A stretch of 64,000 bases of DNA from an uncultured Hormoscilla sp. Its GTDB lineage: Bacteria > Cyanobacteriota > Cyanobacteriia > Cyanobacteriales > Desertifilaceae. How positions within the stretch are numbered: the stretch's first letter is position 1; each line of letters begins with the position of its first letter. The stretch covers positions 320,001-384,000 of the forward strand of contig OZ001293.3 of NCBI GenBank assembly GCA_963921275.4, written 5' to 3'. Position numbers and translations under genes: made by a program. Below, in pieces: positions 56,213-64,000 of the stretch. The notes under the pieces are model-generated. The model had not been told where the DNA came from, did no database searches, and worked only from the letters and a program-made list of their open reading frames with translations.

Positions 56213-57352
56213 ATGTCCATTGCCTGCGAATATAAACCAGGGCTAGAAGGAATTCCCGCTAGTCAATCCAGCATCGGTTTCATCGATGGACACAAAGGAG
56301 TCCTGGAGTATCGAGGAGTTCCCATAGAAGAACTAGCAGCTCATAGTACTTTCATAGAAACGACCTATCTGCTGATCTGGGGTCATCTGCCCAGCGCCCC
56401 AGAGATGGAAGCATTTGAATATGAAATACGCCATCACCGGCGCATCAAATATCGGATCCGGGACATGATGAAGTGCTTTCCCGAAACAGGTCACCCGATG
56501 GATGCTTTGCAATCCTCTGCTGCGGCCTTGGGGTTATTTTATGCCCGTCGCGCCTTGGATGACCCCCAATACATTCGCAGTGCGGTGGTCCGCCTGATTG
56601 CTAAAATGCCCTCGATGGTAGCAGCATTTAATCTGATGCGGAAAGGTAACGATGCCGTGATGCCTAGAGATGACCTCGACTATGCTGCCAATTTTCTGTA
56701 TATGCTCACGGAAAGCGAACCAGATCCCCTAGCTGCTCGGGTATTTGATGTCAGTCTGACCCTGCACGCGGAACATACGATGAATGCTTCGACATTCTCC
56801 GCCAGAGTTACGGCTTCTACTCTAACTGACCCCTATGCGGTGATCGCTTCCGCTGTGGGCACCCTGGCCGGTCCGCTCCATGGCGGGGCTAATGAAGAAG
56901 TTCTGGATATGTTGGAGAAAATTGGCTCGGTGGAGAATGTTCGTCCCTACCTGGAAGATGCGATCGCACGCAGAGCCAAAATTATGGGATTCGGTCACAG
57001 AGTATATAAGGTTAAAGACCCCCGCGCCAATATCCTTCAAAGTCTAGCAGAAAAGCTGTTTGATAAGTTTGGTCATGACAAATACTACGCGATCGCCCTA
57101 GAGTTGGAAAAACAGATCTCGGAAAAACTCGGTCCCAAAGGGATTTACCCGAATGTGGACTTTTATTCAGGCTTAGTATACCGGAAGCTAGGCATTCCCA
57201 GGGACTTGTTTACCCCAGTGTTCGCGATCGCCCGGGTAGCCGGTTGGCTAGCCCACTGGAAAGAGCAGCTAGAAGAAAACCGCATCTACCGTCCCACCCA
57301 AGTTTACACTGGCGAGCATAACATGCCCTACATTCCCATAGACAAACGCTAA
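56213..57352 (+). CDS. gltA: Citrate synthase
   Basis: GPLHGGAN, GFGHRVYK and YPNVDFYSG. Confidence 0.97.
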   Translation: MSIACEYKPGLEGIPASQSSIGFIDGHKGVLEYRGVPIEELAAHSTFIETTYLLIWGHLPSAPEMEAFEYEIRHHRRIKYRIRDMMKCFPETGHPMDALQSSAAALGLFYARRALDDPQYIRSAVVRLIAKMPSMVAAFNLMRKGNDAVMPRDDLDYAANFLYMLTESEPDPLAARVFDVSLTLHAEHTMNASTFSARVTASTLTDPYAVIASAVGTLAGPLHGGANEEVLDMLEKIGSVENVRPYLEDAIARRAKIMGFGHRVYKVKDPRANILQSLAEKLFDKFGHDKYYAIALELEKQISEKLGPKGIYPNVDFYSGLVYRKLGIPRDLFTPVFAIARVAGWLAHWKEQLEENRIYRPTQVYTGEHNMPYIPIDKR

Positions 57353-57898
57353 TGTCAGCGAGCAGTGATTCAGCGATATCTCGGGAGTAGTGCGAATAGC
57401 GCTCTCCCGAGATATCAGCTCGATGCTACCAGTGCTAAAATGGCTGTGGGCTCAGAAACCCGGTAAGTTAAGAGTTACCGGGTTTCTGGATGTTCGGTTA
57501 ATTTATACCTGCCTACTTAATGCTCTCGGGTTTCTAGCTCAGTTGTGGAGGGTTTCACCCCCTGCGAAGAATCGATAGCTTCTGTTCACAATGAATGATA
57601 GTGACGATTTCAGGTAATGCTAGCTCTCAGACCTATGAGTCTGAGGGTTTTGTTTTTTCAGGCCGCGAAAGGCAAGGACTAAAGTCCTTACTACGAACGA
57701 GGGTAAGGACTAAAGTCCTTACTACGAACGATCGGCCCGCAGACGGTCCGAAAAATCGCTCGGGATTTCTGGTAAAAGTCGTTAAAAAACTTTAAAATCG
57801 ATCGAGTCAGCCGTCAGCCATCCAGTTACGGTAGCTAGTAAACCGGCAGTTAAGACCGCTGGGATATTGCCCAGCCAGATATTGCGTATATAGGAAAC

Positions 57899-59017
57899 AT
57901 GAACCCAGGAATAGACTTACAAGGAAGTTTTATCCAGTTCTTCAGGGATATTGGCGTCCCTGGGGAAGTGGCCCAAGCAATGTGGCTGCCACTGCCGATG
58001 GTGCTGGTGCTGGTAGGTGCCACAGTAGGAGTGTTAGTAACAACCTGGTTAGAACGGAAAATTTCCGCAGCCGTCCAGCAGCGGATCGGTCCGGAATACA
58101 TGGGCCCATTCGGCGTGTTAGTCCCGGTAGCAGATGGTCTCAAACTGCTGTTCAAAGAGGATGTCATCCCCAATTCCTCAGATCCATTGTTATTCACCCT
58201 CGGTCCCGCCCTCGTAGTGGTGCCAGTCTTTGTCTCTTACCTGATTGTCCCCTTTGGCCAGAATTTGGTCATCACTGACTTGGGTGTCGGTATTTTTCTC
58301 TGGATCGCCCTTTCCAGTATTGCCCCGATCGGTCTGTTGATGTCAGGTTACGCCTCTAATAATAAGTATTCTTTGCTGGGGGGACTCAGGGCCGCAGCTC
58401 AATCTATCAGTTATGAGGTGCCCCTGGCCCTCTGCGTACTGGCGATCGTCATGATGTCCAACAGCCTCAGCACGATCGACATCGTCGAACAGCAATCAGG
58501 TTACGGTATTTTAGGCTGGAATGTTTGGCGTCAACCAGTAGGGTTCGTCATCTTTTGGATCGCCGCCCTAGCAGAATGCGAACGGCTACCCTTTGACTTG
58601 CCAGAAGCAGAAGAAGAACTGGTAGCAGGATACCAGACAGAGTATACTGGGATGAAATTCGCTCTGTTTTACCTCGGTTCTTACGTCAACCTAGTGCTGT
58701 CTGCCCTCCTAGTGGCAATATTGTACCTGGGAGGTTGGGAATTTCCGGTATCGCTCGATTTCTTAGCCAGTTTCCTAGGAGTAAGTGAGACGACGCCTTG
58801 GTTGCAGGTAATCGCAGCTAGCATTGGCATCATAATGGTAATCCTGAAAGCCTACTTTCTAGTATTCCTAGCAATTCTGCTCCGCTGGACTGTGCCACGG
58901 GTGAGAATAGACCAGTTACTAGACCTAGGGTGGAAGTTTTTATTGCCCGTATCCCTAGTGAACCTGCTGTTAACCGCTGGCCTGAAGCTAGCCTTCCCCT
59001 TTGCCTTCGGCGGATAA
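57899..59017 (+). CDS. ndhA: NDH-1 subunit 1 (NdhA/NuoH)
   Basis: [14 protein letters not shown] and [15 protein letters not shown]. Confidence 0.97.
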   Translation: MNPGIDLQGSFIQFFRDIGVPGEVAQAMWLPLPMVLVLVGATVGVLVTTWLERKISAAVQQRIGPEYMGPFGVLVPVADGLKLLFKEDVIPNSSDPLLFTLGPALVVVPVFVSYLIVPFGQNLVITDLGVGIFLWIALSSIAPIGLLMSGYASNNKYSLLGGLRAAAQSISYEVPLALCVLAIVMMSNSLSTIDIVEQQSGYGILGWNVWRQPVGFVIFWIAALAECERLPFDLPEAEEELVAGYQTEYTGMKFALFYLGSYVNLVLSALLVAILYLGGWEFPVSLDFLASFLGVSETTPWLQVIAASIGIIMVILKAYFLVFLAILLRWTVPRVRIDQLLDLGWKFLLPVSLVNLLLTAGLKLAFPFAFGG

Positions 59018-59076
59018 GTTAGAATGTAGGGTGGGCACCGCCCACCAACAAGGGAGATGTAGAGAGAGAACACACC

Positions 59077-59664
59077 ATGCTGAAATTCCTCAAGCAAGTT
59101 AGCGAATACACGAAAGAGACATTTCAAGCTGCTAAATACATCGGTCAGGGACTATCTGTCACCTTTGACCACATGCAGCGGCGTCCGATCACAGTGCAGT
59201 ACCCCTATGAAAAACTTATCCCATCGGAGCGCTTCCGGGGTAGGATTCATTTTGAATTTGATAAGTGCATCTCCTGCGAAGTCTGCGTGCGGGTTTGCCC
59301 GATCAACCTGCCAGTGGTAGATTGGGAATTCAACAAGGAAAGCAAGAAGAAACAGTTGAAGCATTACAGCATCGACTTCGGTGTTTGTATATTCTGCGCT
59401 AATTGTATAGAATATTGTCCCACAAACTGTCTATCGGCGACAGAGGAGTACGAACTGGCAGCCTATGACAGGCATGAGTTGAACTATGACAATGTGGCAC
59501 TAGGACGGCTTCCCTATAAAGTCACGAATGACCCCATGGTACAGCCGATGCGGGAACTGGCTTACCTACCAAAGGGGGTCATGGATCCTCATGAAGTGTC
59601 ACATACTCAGCCTCGTGCAGGTAAGCGCCCAGAAGAAATTATCGCAGAAATGGAAAAAAATTAA
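59077..59664 (+). CDS. ndhI: NDH-1 subunit I
   Basis: Two CxxCxxCxxxCP clusters; operon position. Confidence 0.97.
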   Translation: MLKFLKQVSEYTKETFQAAKYIGQGLSVTFDHMQRRPITVQYPYEKLIPSERFRGRIHFEFDKCISCEVCVRVCPINLPVVDWEFNKESKKKQLKHYSIDFGVCIFCANCIEYCPTNCLSATEEYELAAYDRHELNYDNVALGRLPYKVTNDPMVQPMRELAYLPKGVMDPHEVSHTQPRAGKRPEEIIAEMEKN

Positions 59665-59771
59665 GGGTTTGTAGTAAGCACTTTATACTTTAGTGCTTGC
59701 TCTCCGGAAGCACTAAAGTGCTTACTACGAAAAATATACGAACGATGAACAATTAGCAAAGGACAAGCAGA

Positions 59772-60383
59772 GTGAATTTAGCAGAAGGAGTTCAGTTAGT
59801 TGCTTTTGGTCTGCTGGCAGTGATGGCGATCGCCGCAGCATTGGGAGTGGTACTGCTAGAGAATATCGTCTACTCAGCTTTTTTGCTGGGAGGGGTGTTT
59901 ATCAGCATCGCAGGCATGTACATTTTATTGAATGCAGGCTTTGTGGCAGCGGCCCAAGTACTGATTTATGTGGGGGCGGTGAACGTCCTGATTTTGTTTG
60001 CTATCATGCTGGTGAACAAACGGGAAGAGTTGAAACCCCTGCCGCGTGCCTGGATCCGGAAGGGGGCAACGGGTTTGGTATGTGTCGGCCTGTTTGCCCT
60101 ATTGAGTACGATGGTTTTAACAACTCCTTGGTCTCTCTCAACAGGGGCGATCGCAGGAGATGCTTCTACATTAATCATCGGACAGCATTTCTTCAGTGAC
60201 TTTTTACTCCCCTTTGAACTGGCATCAGTGCTGTTGTTGATAGCTTTAGTCGGGGCAATAATTCTGGCCCGTCGCGAGTATTTGCCCGATGAAATGCCTT
60301 CCGGACCGGTGCCGCCAGCTTTGACGCTACCCGAACGCCCACGGGAACTCGTATCAGCATCAGAGAAAACTTCCCAGAATTAA
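59772..60383 (+). CDS. ndhG: NDH-1 subunit 6 (NdhG)
   Basis: QVLIYVGAVNVL and LPFELAS. Confidence 0.96.
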   Translation: MNLAEGVQLVAFGLLAVMAIAAALGVVLLENIVYSAFLLGGVFISIAGMYILLNAGFVAAAQVLIYVGAVNVLILFAIMLVNKREELKPLPRAWIRKGATGLVCVGLFALLSTMVLTTPWSLSTGAIAGDASTLIIGQHFFSDFLLPFELASVLLLIALVGAIILARREYLPDEMPSGPVPPALTLPERPRELVSASEKTSQN

Positions 60384-60471
60384 TTAAACATAGATAAGCG
60401 CTAAAGCGCTGACTACGAACGCAGAAGCAGCGCTTTAGCGCTGACTACGAACTCAGAAGAAGCAGTAAATT

Positions 60472-60783
60472 ATGAGCATACAACTTCAGGATTTCTTGTT
60501 AATAGCAGCAGCATTGTTCTGCATTGGCATTTATGGTTTGATTAACAGCCGCAATGCCGTGCGGGTGCTGATGTCGATCGAGTTGCTGCTGAATGCAGTA
60601 AATATAAATTTGATGGCATTTTCAAATTTCCTCGACTCCCAAGGGATAAAGGGACAAGTTTTTACAGTGTTTGTGATTACAGTGGCAGCGGCAGAAGCGG
60701 CGGTGGGTCTGGCGATCGTGTTGTCAATTTACCGCAATCGCGATACAGTGGATATGGAGCAGTTTAACTTATTGAAGTGGTAG
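60472..60783 (+). CDS. ndhE: NDH-1 subunit 4L (NdhE)
   Basis: MSIELLLN and [10 protein letters not shown]. Confidence 0.96.
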   Translation: MSIQLQDFLLIAAALFCIGIYGLINSRNAVRVLMSIELLLNAVNINLMAFSNFLDSQGIKGQVFTVFVITVAAAEAAVGLAIVLSIYRNRDTVDMEQFNLLKW

Positions 60784-60787
60784 ATTA

Positions 60788-61708
60788 GTGGAGCTAAAGC
60801 GGGTCATAATTGCCCATAAAGCTGGAGATGATGAGAGTCGCCGCTGGGCGGAAACATGTGCGAGACAGCTGGAGGATCGGGGTTCTCAGGTGTTGATGGG
60901 ACCGAGTGGGGTCAAGGATAATCCCTACCCGGTGTTTTTGGCTTCCCGAACGCAACCGATCGATCTGGCAGTGGTCCTGGGTGGTGATGGCACGGCTTTA
61001 GCTGCTGCTAGACAAGTGGCCCCAGATGGCATCCTGATTTTAGCTGTAAATATCGGGGGTCATCTGGGGTTTTTGACGGAATCTTTTGAAGCCTTTAAGG
61101 ATACAGAACGGGTTTGGGACAGGTTGATGGAAGACCGCTATGCAATACAGCGCCGGATGATGTTGCAGGCGGCTGTGTTTGAAGGCGATCGCACTAATAG
61201 GAAACCTGTAAGCGATCGCTTTTTGGCCCTAAATGAAATCTGTATCAAGCCTGCGTCTGCTGACCGGATGATTACCTCAATTCTGGAAGTGGCGATCGAC
61301 GGGGAAGTGGTGGATCAATATCAGGGAGATGGGCTGATTGTTGCCACGCCTACCGGTTCGACTTGCTACACCTTGTCGGCAAATGGCCCGATCGTCCATG
61401 AGGGCATGGAGGCGATCGCGGTTACTCCCATTTGTCCTTTGAGTCTATCTAGTCGTGCCATTGTTTTGCCATCGGGTTCTGTAGTCAGTGTCTGGCCTTT
61501 AGAAGACCGGGAGTTAAATACGAAACTCTGGACAGACGGGGTGATGGGAACTGCCATTTGGTCCGGACAGCGAGTGGACGTGAGAATGGCTAATTGTCTA
61601 GCCAAGTTTATTATTCTGCGGGAAAATTATTCTTACTATCAGACCCTACGGGAAAAGCTACAGTGGGCAGGGGCGAGGATTAGCTATAGTAAGGATAATC
61701 GGGATTGA
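60788..61708 (+). CDS. NAD(+) kinase
   Basis: GGDGT, LNE and DGLIVATPTGST. Confidence 0.95.
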   Translation: MELKRVIIAHKAGDDESRRWAETCARQLEDRGSQVLMGPSGVKDNPYPVFLASRTQPIDLAVVLGGDGTALAAARQVAPDGILILAVNIGGHLGFLTESFEAFKDTERVWDRLMEDRYAIQRRMMLQAAVFEGDRTNRKPVSDRFLALNEICIKPASADRMITSILEVAIDGEVVDQYQGDGLIVATPTGSTCYTLSANGPIVHEGMEAIAVTPICPLSLSSRAIVLPSGSVVSVWPLEDRELNTKLWTDGVMGTAIWSGQRVDVRMANCLAKFIILRENYSYYQTLREKLQWAGARISYSKDNRD

Positions 61709-62076
61709 TGGGAAGAAAAGGTTGGTTAATATAATTAATTAGGAGGTTTTTCATGCTGGACAGTACAAAGTTCTGAATTGGTATGTCACCAGCATTACAT
61801 AACGGGACTTGAGAATTTTCTCAGGCAAAAAACGGCTCAAACCCTTACTGAGTGGAGGTTTTATGTCGAAGGGTATTAAATGGCAGCAAACCCTGAGCCT
61901 GCGGAGATCGAGACCCGATCGACCTAAAAATGGCTCTGTCAAAGGGTTTGAGGCTCCTTTAGGCCTATTTTTTCCCAAAGTCCCGTTAGTGACCAAAAAT
62001 CAAGGCCCTTAATCAGGTGCATTCAACCCGACATGATATAAACTGCATGTTGGGGCCTCCGGTAAAATCGAGGCGG

Positions 62077-62195
62077 GTGCATCTCATATTTGCAGATGTA
62101 TCTGTAGGGGCGAAGCATTTCTGCGACAAATTGAGTCATAAACCGACAGATTTACGCTTCGATTTGCTTCGCCCCGTGCGAAAGTGAGATGCACC
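62077..62195. mobile_element. MITE-like element with GGTGCATCTCA ends enclosing a GTAG-REP hairpin (relative near 12464-12610)
   Basis: GGTGCATCTCA...TGAGATGCACC; no clear target duplication. Confidence 0.5.
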
Positions 62196-62744
62196 GCCCA
62201 TTATGCCGATGGCGTTCATTGGGAATTTGCTGCTCTGATCCTTAACCCAAATCAGCGTGCCGACTACTACGACCAGCTTGATGAGCGGGCAGCTTGGTTT
62301 TACGAGGCTGTAACCATTTCCGACGGTATGGTGATTCAGGAGCCAAGTAAAGAGGGACAAGTTTACCTTGCTGCTTATCAAGACAGCGAGGATAACTGGC
62401 TTGATGGTTCTAACACCTATAAAATGACGGTTCCCGCCAATCCTCCTGCCGAGAAGTTTTGATCGGTTACGGTGTATGACAACAATGCGCGCGTTTTCAT
62501 CAACACCGACACCAAAAAACCCGATCGCTCCTCTAAGGATAAGCTATGCGAGAATCCTGACGGCACAGTTGATATCTACGTCGGTCTTCAAGAACCTACC
62601 GATCCTTGCAAAGCCGCCAACTGGATTAAGAGCAACCCAGGGGAAGGTTGGTTCGCGTACTTCCGACTTTATGGTCCCACGGAAGACCACTTTAATGGAA
62701 AGTGGGTTCTCAATGACTTCGTAAAGGTTGGCGGAACGCTCTAA
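62196..62744 (+). pseudogene. DUF1214-domain protein, 3'-terminal remnant
   Basis: LDGSNTY...PANPP..KF*SVTVYD...RLYGP; TGA where W is expected. Confidence 0.8.
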
Positions 62745-62763
62745 ATTCCTCAGTTGATTGAAT

Positions 62764-62879
62764 GGTGTTGCACAATCACCGGATGATGGGTAGATTTGCA
62801 AACGTTTGAAAGCTAGAGTATCAGCCACTTTCAGTTTTCAGTTACGTACCAAAAATACTATCATCCCCCGTGCAACGCC
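62764..62879. mobile_element. Second copy of the GGCGTTGCACA MITE
   Basis: Similar throughout to 45513-45625. Confidence 0.8.
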
Positions 62880-62995
62880 ATGAAAAAGGAGGCCAAATGA
62901 TGGATGGTGCAGCCCGCGATTTGAGAAAAGCTGGAAAAATTATCAAAATCGCCGCAAACAGAAGCACTTCACTACATTGGCCAATTACTCATTCA

Positions 62996-63782
62996 TTATT
63001 CGTGCAGTTCTAATAATTCCCTCAAGAAATCTACAAAACTTGCCAGAATCGGAACCTGCATGTTGGTGGACTCACTTACCCAATTATTATCTGCAAGACT
63101 CACCGTATTCGTCTTTCCTGGTTTGAGAACACTGACGATCGTAGCAATTAGAGCTTTGTCCTGATCGAAAGGTTTCCACTTGAGAGATTTCCTCTCCTCC
63201 TCGGAAAATTGGGCAAGATAGGAATTAGCTCTCTCCGCGTACATAGGATAAGCTACTTCACCACAACTGCATAACAAAGTATCCAGCACCCCCTGAGAGA
63301 CATTATCAGGTAACACATAAATTCCCGTGCGAGGAGAACCTGTATCTACAACGCCTGCTCGATCGGGGAAACCAGGAAATAAATTACTGAAGCCATTACA
63401 GTAGTCTAAGGCTACCTGTTCGGGAGACTGGCGATCGGCATCAGCAACTATCCCGAATGCTGCGATATCAGTTCGATACTCAGGGTAGTTAGAAAAATTT
63501 TGCCTTCAGATTTCGTACTAGCTTACTTCCTTCTCCTGAGTAAATGGCTACCGAAACCGATTCTGTGAATAAGATAGAAGGCATATCCAGACGCTTGTAT
63601 AAGTTTCCCTGTTTGGGATAAGATGGAACAAAATTAATCCAGAAAGGAATGCGCTGCGCGCACGCTGCGCGATCGAGATTGGCTTCATTGCCGTCAAAAG
63701 ATTGACAGCCAAGCAATTTCAGCACTTTGCCCACAAAGGCTTGATCGTGAGGACCTTCTACACCGATGAGTGCATATCTCAC
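62996..63782 (-). pseudogene. DUF3226-like (TOPRIM-like) protein, frameshifted near 63495
   Basis: IGVEGPHD and GIVADAD in the shifted frame, then GIYVLPDN; carries a 24-bp insertion. Confidence 0.7.
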
Positions 63783-64000
63783 CGTCGTACCTCCTGTCCC
63801 AGTTCTTCCCGAATTATACACAGGGTTTCTCGATCTAGTCTGATTAATTTAGTCTGGGACTCCTCTGGCCTTAAGCGATAGAGGACTAGATCCACATCCG
63901 AGGAAGTAGCATCCAACATTGCATCAATAGCTTCCAGACTTTGAGTAGTTGCAAATAACTGCACGTCCATCTTACTACACCACTGGACAAGCCAAGAGAA
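63779..64000 (-). CDS. 3' end of an ABC/AAA-type ATPase (runs off the window)
   Basis: VQLFATTQSLEAID...GQEVR; stop overlaps the DUF3226-like start. Confidence 0.7.
   Translation of the reverse strand, partial: FSWLVQWCSKMDVQLFATTQSLEAIDAMLDATSSDVDLVLYRLRPEESQTKLIRLDRETLCIIREELGQEVRR

Noticed and set aside
61800..61988. Possible MITE with TAACGGGACTT ends
   Set aside because: Inverted ends are visible but there is no target duplication or second copy in the window; too weak to call

Overview
Chromosomal window from a filamentous, Oscillatoriales-like cyanobacterium (HIP1 GCGATCGC is very frequent; ndhA-I-G-E, gltA, ccdA and glgX are present). The genome looks eroded: many accessory genes carry nonsense or frameshift lesions, and there are three IS elements, several MITEs and very small repeats that sit inside coding sequences. 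The most striking feature is a family of ORF-less group II introns, about 0.83-1.0 kb each, with six copies or part-copies at three loci. Each copy has an EBS1-type loop hexamer complementary to the six bases upstream of its own insertion site, and the hexamer differs between loci. Both gene insertions are antisense to the host gene (a PP2C phosphatase and an RND permease). One copy is nested sense inside another (twintron). One has inserted antisense exactly at the EBS1 loop of a near-identical sister copy. The left 14 kb holds a candidate partner-switching, glycogen and cAMP cluster (DJ-1, AGE epimerase, STAS, glgX, STAS, RsbW-like kinase, PP2C, adenylate cyclase), in which the PP2C and the cyclase share a near-identical sensor domain. 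All calls come from reading the sequence by eye; no searches or folding were run.
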